Below, piece after piece: positions 52,701-64,000 of a stretch of 64,000 bases of DNA. Under the pieces are notes generated by a model. That model had not been told where the DNA came from and did not search any database. It saw only the letters and a program-made list of their open reading frames with translations. The stretch's first letter is position 1. The number at the start of each line of letters is the position of its first letter. Position numbers and translations under genes: made by a program. The DNA is from Phoronis australis (taxonomy: Eukaryota > Animalia > Phoronida), in contig NMRA01000111.1 in the NCBI GenBank assembly GCA_002633005.1, positions 87,855 to 151,854 on the forward strand, read 5' to 3'.

Positions 52701-55700
52701 GCCAGCGAAAATCCGAAGAACCCCTCGGCCTAGTGGCCACCTTCACCTGACAAATGACAAGGCCACTGATACCATATGTTCATGTAAAGCTGGGTATGTA
52801 CGTTAAAGTCGAATTATCTGTACGATTCCATAGATTTCATGATCTTTCGAATAAAATCAATGAAGATTCACCGATATTTTTGTTCTGTCGTCTGCTAAAT
52901 TTCGCCACATGAAAAGTAGGTCACAACTGGTGGGACTCCTGGAGTAATGTAGGTCACAGATTACAGACAACACATGCACTATAGTCTCTGACTAGGTCGA
53001 CTCGATAGCACTGTTTACGCTTTTCTAATCTTATAACGAAATATTTTGCTAAAAAAATTCTGGTTCATAGCTCAGGTACACACTCATCTCGTCCTGGCCA
53101 ATTAGCTCCGATAGGTCTAGGGCTGTGTCTAAGTAAAATTAATGTCTGGAATTCAGTGGAGGATCTAGGATACCACAGGGGGGCCAACATATGTTGCCTC
53201 GCGGAATTGGGTAAAGTGCAATTGTATGTGCACAGGCGGCCCGAAAGTTGCAGGGGCCAGGGATGTAGATTGTTGGACCTTCTGTTCAGAAAATCTATCG
53301 GTGGACTAAAAAAAACAGGAACACGATTCCGCCGCTACCTGGGGTCTGAGCCCCCATCTTCCGCTACCGGTCCTAGTTACTGAACTCAATATTTCCTCAC
53401 GCTCTTGCTGTTTCATTTTGCTTGCNCCCCCCCCCTAAATCCGTCTATGGAATTGTCTCTTTGCACCATTAAGACATTTAAATTAGGCCTACCTTCTTAT
53501 GAACTTGGCATTTTTTTGTAGTTTCATTCCATAAAGGTAGCTTTCATTTAATTTTGCATGATCACTAAGTCGTGGTATGGTTACAAAACATTACGAGTCT
53601 GGTGTGGTAGTTGCCAAAATAGGGTATTTACAAAAATAACTCAATTTCTTTTTTAAAGCTTCATAAATCTAAATATGATATTTGAACAACTTCACAATGA
53701 GCTCTCTGTAACTCTACAGACATAGTGTATACTAGAGGTACACCTCAAAAAGTAATTCAATAGTTTATTTTTAGTGACAACAGCTCGACCAAGGCTTTGA
53801 GTTCCGGCAGTAATCCAGTGCCCTTCCCTGTGCCGATCGAATCCCTGAATTTTGACCGGGAGAGAAGTTCAGTTGAACGCCAGCTTACGGTTTATGAATA
53901 ACAAAAATGTACCTCTGATACAAAACAAAATAATGTCCATTAGATTGAAATAAATTAAAAAAAAATAAAATAAAATGTCCTTGAAAACAACAATTTCCGG
54001 GGACTACCGCTAGAGTGCTGAGATCCAGCAGGTGCCGAGACAAAGGCGGCCAGACGTAGTCAACTCGGGAGTCAAAATCTGAGATCGCCCTGCACCATAG
54101 CCATCAAGCTGAAAAGTGCCGTATCTTGGAACTAATATATTTGTGTTTATTATAGCCTTCGAGTTATCAAGCAACATCGCTAAGTTCAGCTGCTCATGTG
54201 GCCGTACAGTTTGATCCATAGTTTACGCTTTTCAACATCATTTTCGGCTTTGGACATGCCAAAAAATGACGGGATATTATTCTGGAGCAGCATAACGGCT
54301 GTCGGTGGTATACACGTCATATCAACACCGTTTCCCCATCCTTCAAGGACAATTTCTTGAGCTATAGACTAAAGTAAGTTTTACTCGACTGCGTGTGGTT
54401 TGTCGGGTAAAATGGCGGCTTGGACACGCAGACAAAGGTGTGCCAAGAATGCTGCGTTCTGATTGGTCAATTAAGCCATCCGTCATAATCCTGGCGATAG
54501 GTCAATTAAGTCATTCCACGTAACTGGCATGTTTGGCACATAAACAGTGTGTTTAAATAAAGGGTAGTGATGAAATATGTGAATACTGCAATTTTGAAGA
54601 AAAAAAATCCTTGAGTGTTGACTATTACTTTGTTGGACAGTACATGTGAACAATGTTTAGCCGTTCATAAATAAATGTGGTTGAAGATTTTTGCCGAATT
54701 ACCAATAAGAAATATCCTAACCGAAAATCACATTAAAGCATTGATTGACAGACGAGCATTAATTGCAGCTAGTTTTTTGGAAGAGTGGACAGTGAAAACA
54801 TAATTGAGCTTTTCATGTTATCGCATTTTTTCTCAGTCAATTCTACAGCAGCATTAAACCCCAATGGCATCTGGAACCATCGGTGAAAGTGTTCACAACT
54901 CATCTTCATGAGAAGACCATGTCAAAAAGGGTACCTTCAGATTCCGATTCTGATTTGTCTTCTTCCTCTTCATCTTCATCATCACTGTCGATGACAGCTT
55001 TCCTCTCTTTAACGTCATCGTCATCTTCAGAATCCTGTTCCTCCTCATCTTCATCATCTTTAGCAACCTTCCTGTCTTCATCCTCCACGGGAGTTGGCGG
55101 TCGGAACTTGCGCTGCAAACGAAAACACAGTGTACAGTGACATGGTCAAACGTGTGTTGAAAGGCAAAGTGTCCCACTTCATTTACACGTCAACCTTTCT
55201 ATGAGCTGGGATCAACTTGCGTTGCATTTAATTACATCAGCTTTACGGCGAAAACTCTACAGATTAGCATGAAATATAGCTGACAGGTGGAATTATATTT
55301 TTTCAAACATCTCAATGTGGTTGTCCGACAGTCATTTTGCCTGACTTCAAGAAAAGAAAAAAATTTTCCACCTTGCTTCATTCTCGGTTAACAACTTGAT
55401 GGGTTTTTATCCATCAGCTGATGAGCACAACACATTCAAGTAATAAACAGCAGTGCCTCTGGGATCTAATGGCATGAACTGAACACTTATATTATAGACT
55501 GGGAAAATCTGAATTGGAACTTCCAACTCTAAGTAACAGGAAGCCATACTGACATGTCATATGTGTCTGGCTAAACCCTCAATTATAAGCCAGGGGTTGC
55601 AATGACCAATGACAAAAAGAGGAAAAAGTCGGAAAAAATAAAGTAACAATTTTACAAAAAATACTTATTTGATAGAAATATTTTTTGTTTTATAAAATTT

Positions 55701-58700
55701 ACCTACAACAAACATATGTTTGAATGAAAGAGAGATGACAAAATAGGAAAACGGAAATCAAATAAGAGAAAATGGAAACCAACAAAGAGGAAATCTTCTT
55801 AAAAGAGGAAAATTACAAGCCCCGAGAAACCCACCTCCAATTTTTACATTTGTGACTTTCGTCTAAGTCCTTGTGAATACCCATCTACAGAAAATTGCAA
55901 CAACCAAACTTCCACAATTTGCTTATCAGGAAACAGTGCATTTTCAACATAGAGAACAGCAAAATAAGTGACATCATTACAGCAGCACCACTGGATCTCG
56001 TTGGATCTTGTTGTGTTGAAAGACTCTTTGCAAACCCTGGAGAGCCACGACACCCGACACTGCTGGCAGGTGGTCTTTTTGAGTCCCGGTCCAATTGGCT
56101 GAACCAGTTGTTGCTGTTGGACAAGCAACAAGGGCCCACCTCACGCTTAAATTCTGGGAGAAATGTACTTCAACTCCGGACCTGGAGAACGTCTCCCAAC
56201 CCACCACCTTCCCCGCTAGGAACTAACCCCCCAAGTATCTCGTTGCTCAGTAACACCAACACCAACACCCTCATGCTGGTCAGGCAAACTACAACTCCGC
56301 AATTCCTAAAAATTTCTTTTTATAACTCATGACTGACATCTTTCACACACTAATTTTTAATTTCTCTGCTTAAACAACCAGGGCATTAAGACAGACAATT
56401 ACGGTTCATAGTTCTAAATGCTAGAACTAGTGTGACCTCAGCATATCCTTAATGCGTTGGCATCAGTGCCTTACCCTGAAAGACGGCATCTTGGGGATGC
56501 CTGCCCTCAAGCCCAGCAGACCACCCATTCCAAAGCCGCTGCCACCAAACGGACCTTCCTTGTTCCAGTTTGATGTGCTGTCAAACATAGCAGACACAAT
56601 AGGCGCTGTAGAGACAGACTGGACAGGTTTATCCACTGTTTTCTCAGCAACAGTTTTCTGAAACTGGAGTAACAAAATGTCTAGTATTACAATTAGGCAA
56701 GGAAAGCTTGGTAGTATTCAATCATTGGCATATCTCAAACACTTAATAAAAAAGAAATAATATAGTGTTCTTTACTCAGATTAGAAATGACAAACTCACT
56801 ATTGCGTGGGACCAGGCTCAATTATTTGGTTTGATACATACAGTTAGTCACTTTAACCTGAATATACAATGGCTCAAATATCACCTAACACTCCATTTTA
56901 AGTACAGTATCAGAGCCAGCCAACTAATCCGGCCTACTGTTGAAGTACTACTATACAAAAAGCGCTTGACACAGGATGGTCAAATTGCACACCGCCGGCT
57001 TGAGATACATTAAGGCTAAGATTTTATTTGGTAATGAATTTCTTGTATAAAAATAATCTCTGCAATACTTTGGCCAGAGCGAGTATCAAAGTCAAACAAT
57101 AATTCACCTGAAATTCAGGGGTTACTTCCAAACTTTAAATTAGTAACATTTTTCCTAGACTCAATACCGTTGTTTCACAGCTGTTGCATTTACTTCGTGA
57201 AATCAGTGCATTTGCCACCCTCACTAGTCAGCACATATATGGTGTAATACCAGTTATATGTCAAGCACAATCCAACAAGTTTCCAACATCACTTGTCAGA
57301 AATATTGAATAGAAACAGCTCATTACATTGCAAGGATTCCATGACATAAAGGCACAGAAAACTTTCAATACAGTACAGTTCCCACATTCACCAGAGTGAC
57401 ACCCAACCAGTCATAACAACTTTCATTACAGTACAGTTCCCACATTCACCAGAGTGACACCCAACCAGTCATCTCAACTCGCCCATAATATGAAAGTATA
57501 TATCCTTAACTTGGGTCCTGTGACGAAAAACACACATTCACTTTTCACCCACCCTAACATGTGACGTACACGCACCTTCACCTTTGGCTGGCCAATTATG
57601 TAAAATGCACACACCTTCACCTTTGACCCTCACAATCTTGCATCAGAGAACACACATTCAATTCAGAACTCATCCAATCATGTGACAATACACCTTCAAC
57701 CTCTACTCACTCAATAATGTGGTAGTATACACACCTTCACCCTTGACTCCTCCTCTGTCCACCAGCGCTCAAAGGACTTAAATGCAGACAACTCAACCAT
57801 CTTCTTACACATATCTTTCTCCATAATTGTCTTCAACTGCTTAATCACATCATCAAGACTGTTATCGTACGTCTCTTCCTGTGGATCGTTACCCGTCAAC
57901 TCCAGAGTCGGGTTAGAGATGAATGGCTCGCTGCTGTTAGCTCCCCACTGATTCATAAGATTTCCGCCAAACAATGGCGGGGGCACTTGGTAATTCATGT
58001 TCACATTCATGTTGAATCCCACCTGATCATCATCACTGTTTGACGAGGCAAGACTCATCCGATCATCTTCCTCACCCTCACGTAGCGACCGACCTGGGGA
58101 CGTGTCCATGGCGTCACCAGTTGGAGGTAGAGGAAGGTCAGGGGGAGGGGGCATTTCTTCATCTGGCAGAGGGGGCGGAGCCTCGTTTGGAAGAGGCGGG
58201 GCTTGTTCACTAGGCAATGGAGGTCGGTCATCATCAGTGTCACTGCCAAACGCCGTCTGATTTTGTTTGAGCAACAAAGCGATCCGAGACTCCAAGTCAA
58301 GGTTATTACTGATTGGCTCAGGTAAAGGGGGAGGAGGTTCCTGAGGTAATTCATTCACAACAGGTTGGTCTGGATTATATGGCGTGTTCATGTAGTCAAA
58401 GTTTTGTATTAATTCCTGTGGGTATTGTGGCACAGCTTCAGGAGGTACAAAATGTCCGTACTCATTATGAAACTGACTACTTCCGGGCGTACTCATCACA
58501 TAGCCAGAGTCGCCGTGACTCGAGAAGCTGACCTCCGACTGTCCGCCGGAGACGCTCCCCTCGTTAGGGTCCCTGTAACCTTCATCTTCACTGACACGGC
58601 TGTGTTTCCGCCGTTTAGGGTCATGATCTTTTCTACGGAACTCCTTGCTAGGTTTGTTGTGTCTAGATTTGTCTTGCTTTTGAGATTTGTTCACAGTTTG

Positions 58701-61700
58701 TGATTTGTTGGGTTTTACAGGCGCCAGTAGTGGCGGTTCCACCGGTTTCTCCACGATCAGATCGTCCATGAGTTTTTGCCTGATTTTGCCCAGTGAGTCC
58801 AGGAAGACATTCATGATATTTCCCATTTTTGAGGTCTGGTCCAGCCTAATTGAGCAAGCTTTTGCCGAGGCCACAGTCGTAAAGAGCACCTGGAAGTGAG
58901 CCAGATGAATTATAACAGCGAGTTGTGGCAGTTGTATGACATGCGCAACATTTATAGTTAAAAGGCTTCTCCAAACAAGGCTCCAACTGCGCATTTCTTT
59001 GCATTGTAATCTACCTTTGTGCTAAAACTATTTCAGTTACATGTTACAGAACACGCCACAAATACACAAATAAAATTCCATTTTCCCAAAATCTCATTCC
59101 GTAGAGAGTAAACATGATGGGAAATTTGACTTGCATTTAACCATCACAATGGGAAAGTCTTGGTCTTGTAATCTTATATTTTTTAGCATGCACCGTAGCC
59201 TTTACTTGTTGAGCACGTCACACAGTCCTTTTTTACATAAGAACAAAAATTTAAAAAAAAACACAATAAAATTCTTGTTCTACCATTTACACTTCACATA
59301 AAGTGAGTAATGGACATTATGTAATACAGAAAAACTCCTTTTTAATGCTGTAAGTCACAGATCACTTCTGCTAAAAATGTTGTACCATAGATGAACGTAC
59401 TTAACAGTTTGTATTGAAATTCCTGAAAAGTGTAGAGATTACTATCATATGTTACACAACGATGCGTAAAGAGCCAAAGGCATACATGTCTTCATTACAT
59501 CAGCCAAGATGAACCTCAAAGTAATCAAACACGGCTCAAAATTTCTTAACACTATTACGGGCAAAGTGCCCAAAGAACAGAAAACCGTGTCTTAGAACCT
59601 TAGTTCCCACTTCTGGTTGGAACTCATTTACACAGCTAAATTGACTTAAACAACTCAAGTGAAATGCTTTGCTCAAAGACCTAACTACACCCCACTGGTT
59701 GACAATTAACCATTCTAACTACTGAGCCATGCTACGACGGTTAGCTACAAACAAAAACAACAAGCAATGTGATAATATCCAACCTTTGCTATTCCGAGAT
59801 GCTTTTTAGTCCGTGGGTGGTAGTAAATTTTCACTTCATTAATCTCCCCAAAATGGGCCACCATGTCAGTGAGAAAAGCCTTTCCAATGTTGTCATTGAG
59901 ATTGGTGAAAGTTACCTCCCGAGGAGGCGGCGTGCCCACATAATTCTTGTCATACTGTAAGGCAATCATCCACGAATATTAAAGCTGCAAATTTTGTAAA
60001 ACATCTTGAAAACAACACCAATGAAAATAGATCAATATGCATCTTCATCATGACTGCATTTCATTACAGTTCAATCTAAGAGTTGAGCTCCATTCTAAAG
60101 AGAACTTTGTAGCCCTACATTGAAAAGGCTTGGCAATAGTTTAGAAACTAATGCTCATTATTTAAACACTAAATTATAATCCAAAAGAGCTTGGTGAACT
60201 TGCCACACTCCTATTGAGCACTCTCCAAGATACACGCACGGTCTTCATTTCAAATCACTTCGAAGGAAATGCTAAAAGTTTGAGATTATACCACAGAAGC
60301 AGAATTGATGGAGGAGAGAGACTGATGGCACTTGTGCCCGCGAGGTCATTGATGGAGGAGAGGGACTGATGGCACTTGTGCCCGCGAGGTCATTGATGGA
60401 GGAGAGGGATTGATGGCACTTGTGCCCGCGAGGTCATTGATGGAGGAGAGGGGTTGATGGCACTTGTGCCCGCGAGGTCATTGATGGAGGAGAGGGGTTG
60501 ATGGCACTTGTGCGCACGAGGTCATTGATGGAGGAGAGGGGTTGATGGCACTTGTGCGCACGAGGTCATTGATGGAGGAGAGGGGTTGATGGCACTTGTG
60601 CGCACGAGGTCATTAACAGCCAAATGTGAGATGGTTGTAACTGATTTGGCAAGCCAAAGTGTTTTAAAACAATTTCTTGTGTGCGTGTTTTTGACTTGAA
60701 AAAAAATTAATATAGATCTTGGCTGAAATGAAAACTACACTTTAGGCGGACACAAGAAACTTTAATGAAGTAAACACACAAGACCACTAAATCTAACTCT
60801 CAAACAGACAAAGACAACAAATTCACAGAAAGCAAAATGTTTACTGAAAGTTTCTATCCAATCACATTTTAAAGTTCTTTTCATGAATCAAAACTATTCC
60901 TTAATAGCTAATTGATTGATGGGACTGTTCAGCAGGGGATGACTGGTCTTAAGTTACCATTGATTGTTTTGGGATAACTTACAGTAAATGAAGGAACAAC
61001 AAGGTCAACATGAGGTCGCTTAGACCAGAGTCTGTTTATCCTCGACCTTGGGTCACGAACCATTACAGGCACTGGATCCTGTCAAAGATGAAAAAATTCA
61101 CACAATCAGAATACACCATATTTTTCCAATCAGCCTCACATGTTGTCAGCAACAAACAAAATTCAATACAAGTGAACACATATCAACTGTTGATTCACAA
61201 ACATAGGGACCAAGAATGTCAAGTAGTCCGACACATCAAGGCATTATAGATGAACTAACTGGCACAAGAATGTCAAGTAGTCGGATACATCAAGGCATTA
61301 CTAGATGAACTAACTGGCACAAGAACCATTTCAAGCAACTCCATGCCACATTAATGAAAGAACATTCAACGAAGTGAAACACGACTACTGATATTTCAGT
61401 CCTCTCATTGGCTGAAAAGTGGTACAGTAACTTCCGATATACCATCATGTCCACCAATCTGGCCACGGAACATCATTTTTCATTCATGCTGCAAGGACGT
61501 TGGATGTCACAATTTGCAATCTGTCCAATCACACACTGTAAAAATCATAAACCCTAACAACGAAGTGAAAAGATGTCATTACTGTAAGATCGCACCAATT
61601 TCAGACAAATATGATTGCCAATATTGATCTTTCCGAGGCTTTTTACATTGTCGTAGATGCCCACAATAATTCAAAACTTTTGCCTGATGTTAGTTGTGGT

Positions 61701-62796
61701 ACAAAACTTAAACTTGTAAAAGCATTTAATTTAGTCGTGCTTATCTTGCAAGTAAAAAAGCACTTGTCACCCATCTGTGTCGTACTTAGACATATTTTAT
61801 AAATATCAAAGCAGGCAAGAACAAGGTAATCAAATAAGAAACGAAGAACTCAAGAGGAGAGAAGCATCAGTAATTGTGTAATAAAACAAATGTAGGCCAA
61901 TCCCTCCGGCGTCATTCCGGCTCAGGCAACATTGCACCATGTGACCTAATATCATTCTTGGGATCAGTCTTTATTTATAGTAATATTAAGCCCCGGATAT
62001 GCACTTTTATTAACAATACATGTAGCACCTTTAAAGTGCAACATATATAAAGAAATTTAGTCTCAAGTGCAAGTGCTATGTATAATCCATCTCCGATAAA
62101 CATAAAAAAATGAAGTTTAATGGTTCTTGAAAAGTCAACACTGTTAGAATGCCATCTTACCCCTGACACATAACCATCAAATCTGTACAGCTTTTGATGA
62201 CCTTTTCGTATCGCATTGTCTACCAGAAGTTTGTAGTTTCGTCGCTTTTCGGGTGGAGGTGGATTTTTGGGCTCAGGGGGCCTTTTTGGAGGGGAAGGTC
62301 TCCTGTGGGCAGTGGGACTTGGAGGTTGTTGTGGAGGACTTGGTGGTCGGCCAGGAGGACTTGGAGGTCTTCTGGGAGGACTTGGCGGTCTCCCTGGAGG
62401 ACTAGGTGGCCTGTGTTGGGGACTTGGAGGTCTCCGTGGCGGACTTGGAGGCCTTCTAGGGGGACTTGCTCTCCACTTTGGGCTTGGGGGACGGCAAGGA
62501 GGACTGGGGGGTCTTCCTGAGTATCGACTAAAGGTGGACCCTGAGCGAGGAGAAGGAGGCCTTCTGGGTGGCGATCGCTGGTATCGAGAATAGCGTCTGT
62601 CGGGAGATGGCTCTCTACCATTAGGAGACCAGCCTCGTCTACCGGGTGATGGAGGTCTTCTACCAGGGGAAGGAGGTCTCCGCCCGAATGATGGTGACCA
62701 CCTTCCTGATGGGGATCGTCTGCCTGGTGAGGGTGGTCTGCGATTATAGAATGGAGGTCTTCTGGGTGGAGAATATGACTGCCGTGATCCATTCAT
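43796..62796 (-). CDS. SETD1: Histone-lysine N-methyltransferase SETD1 (Set1/COMPASS H3K4 methyltransferase)
   Basis: Exons: 62161-62796 (Pro/Arg-rich, RNYKLLVD...LYRFDG), 60983-61078, 59784-59954 (RRM: [11 protein letters not shown]...[12 protein letters not shown]), 57735-58889, 56475-~56663, 54935-55112, 51235-51437, 48930-49112, 47588-48226, 47051-47180 ([16 protein letters not shown]), 46587-46702 (WIN motif GSARTEGFY), 45654-45785 (LLKFNQLK), 44932-45189 (SET: IHDWGLFA...RFINHSCN), 43796-43969 (EEITYDY, post-[16 protein letters not shown]). The start at 62796 is inferred; an upstream 5' UTR exon is likely. Confidence 0.96.
44048..44478. mobile_element. Putative MITE in the last SETD1 intron
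   Basis: CAGGCTACC...GGTAGCCTG termini with imperfect longer inverted similarity; TSD unclear. Confidence 0.5.
49988..51060 (-). mobile_element. HINE copy 3 (diverged, SETD1 intron)
   Basis: Begins AACAAGAGCATCGCAAAGCATTGAAATG like copy 1 and has the same internal units (AAATTTCATG, CCACTAG.TGG). The right end is uncertain. Confidence 0.7.
50776..51025. mobile_element. hAT-like MITE with 6-bp TSD, nested in HINE copy 3
   Basis: CAGGGCTTGGAATG...TTTCAAACCTTG; TSD CTTGGT; AAAAGAGGAAA subterminal repeats. Confidence 0.8.
52057..52561. mobile_element. hAT-like MITE with 6-bp TSD (same family as 34218-34616, opposite orientation)
   Basis: TIR CAGGGCTTGGAAT; TSD CTGGTG; near-identical reverse complement of most of 34218-34616. 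Confidence 0.88.
53154..53449. mobile_element. Degenerate hAT-like MITE with apparent 5-bp TSD
   Basis: CAGTGGAGGATCTAGG...CCTAAATCCGTCTATG imperfect TIRs, flanked by GAATT. Confidence 0.5.
55591..55824. mobile_element. Diverged copy of the 50776-51025 MITE
   Basis: CAGGGGTTGCAATGACCAATGAC...TTACAAGCCCCG, colinear with 50776-51025; TSD degenerate. Confidence 0.7.
60304..60614. repeat. 44-bp minisatellite
   Basis: ATTGATGGAGGAGAGGGRYTGATGGCACTTGTGCSCRCGAGGTC x7, with variants grading along the array. Confidence 0.93.
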
Positions 62797-64000
62797 ATCT
62801 GAAAATGAGAAATATAAAAATGCAAAAATTAGTCAATTTCAGGTTTTGAAGTGCGAATTTTTATCAGTTCACATCGTGCTAGGTTACGTTAAATTTCCAG
62901 ACTGCAGTATTTTCATAAATTTTGTAATATCCAATATCACCCTCAAGTAAACACATGACTGTGATAATGGTAAACACTGCATGCTCACTATGGTAGTCCT
63001 GTCTTCTGCTTGGATCCATTGAAAATTAGCACAACATTTCTTCAAAAGGTTTCATATTTTAGAAATTGGATCCCAAAGGTCAAAAAAATAATGTCGTTCC
63101 ATTCAACAACCCTCCCAGCTCGCAAAGTGAAGCAAATATGTGAGCATCTCAAATACACAGTCCATCTGCAAATCCTTCCCACAATGCTATTCGGTAACAT
63201 ATTTTCTATTTCGTAAAGATAATTTCGAAATAAAATATATTCAATTCAAAATTATTGTAATTCCAATTTGTCAAAAGAAAATATCTATTGACGAAAACAT
63301 GTAAAACTTGCGTTCTAATTTGAAAGCATTTCTTTTTACGTCTTGCTTAATAGTTCGATTTTGCTTCGTAAATAAGATAACAAAGCTTCGACAATTGTTT
63401 TGTAAAGTCTTTTGTGATTAGCTAACTTTCTCAATCACAGGAAACTCCTTGTAGATTAGACCAATCATAATCGTTGTTCTGTAAAAATCAGCAACCAAGC
63501 CGAAGCATTTGTGGAACATTGGAAAAGCCCTCCACGAGGGTGTTGTTGAAGATGGGCAAGCAGAAAACGAAGAAAAAAGCCGAATGCTTCATTGAATTGC
63601 TTGCCAAAAAGCTTTCCCAAGGTATTCCAGTCCCAAGATGAAACCCTCATCTTATGATAATTTCAACATTACACTGTCTAACACAGTGAATAATTCACGC
63701 ATCCCGACTCTGCCACAGGCACAGTGGAGACGGTAGGCATAGGCATTGACCATCGCCTCTGTTGGCCCGAAGCAGAGGCGATGTAGAGGCTATAGGCGCT
63801 CTGTACGCCGGAAGCTTTTCGGCGAATTGTGCCTCGCACCGACTAAACCATCAAAGTCACGTTGTTACAAATACCTTTTGCGCATAGAGGAACACCTTAG
63901 GAGGTTGTCGATGTGTTTAATTCCTTCCAACTCGAACAAATACTCCCGTTATGAAACTTTTTCTTCGAGCAGTCCCTATTTCAGTTCCCAAAATCGTGAA

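Larger units (their letters stand above)
51951..54507. mobile_element. Decayed THAP-bearing TIR transposon (possibly ISL2EU/Harbinger-related) with nested MITEs
   Basis: TIR AATTGACCTATCGC...GCGATAGGTCAATT. The minus strand at ~54125-54338 reads, across stops and frameshifts, MGKRC*Y....DSRY...[19 protein letters not shown]...NKHKYI.SK (THAP-like). Confidence 0.65.

Noticed and set aside
60304-60614. CRISPR-like appearance of short direct-repeat arrays (also 26738-26929 and 3968-4085)
   Set aside because: Units are head-to-tail with no unique spacers, there are no cas genes, and the context is eukaryotic intron.
62194-62593. Gly/Leu-rich and Arg/Trp-rich + strand ORFs
   Set aside because: Antisense shadows of the Pro-rich SETD1 exon.

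Overview
Eukaryotic animal genomic DNA: AT-rich, with GT-AG introns, and probably from an invertebrate bilaterian such as a lophotrochozoan (inference). It holds three spliced housekeeping genes and one nested gene. (1) CCT6 (chaperonin zeta) on the minus strand, with exon 1 at 21419-21555 and exons 2-9 at 5877-870; it continues off the left edge. (2) An intronless class A peptide-receptor-like GPCR (13017-14099, +) lying antisense inside the ~15.5 kb CCT6 intron 1, with a decayed paralog fragment at ~8438. (3) A complete NADPH-cytochrome P450 reductase (POR, 14 coding exons, 24361-37960, +), head-to-head with CCT6. (4) A SETD1/Set1 H3K4 methyltransferase (62796-43796, -), tail-to-tail with POR. 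The introns contain many nested non-autonomous DNA transposons: hAT-like with 5- and 6-bp TSDs, a TA-flanked Tc1/mariner-pogo-like element, a MULE-like element, a THAP-bearing element, Helentron-type HINEs and a Penelope fragment. The most notable signals are: HINE elements carrying ~150-bp-periodic CTCF-like motif arrays, with two copies converging on the CCT6/POR promoter; repeated tandem duplications centred on splice sites and on the SETD1 stop codon; a CTD-like SPxRRPP heptad tract at the SETD1 N-terminus; and a TCTCGCGAGA element, a perfect heat-shock element and a possible antisense spliced transcript at the CCT6 5' end. No prokaryotic-type system (CRISPR etc.) is present. All calls come from manual reading, with no database searches.
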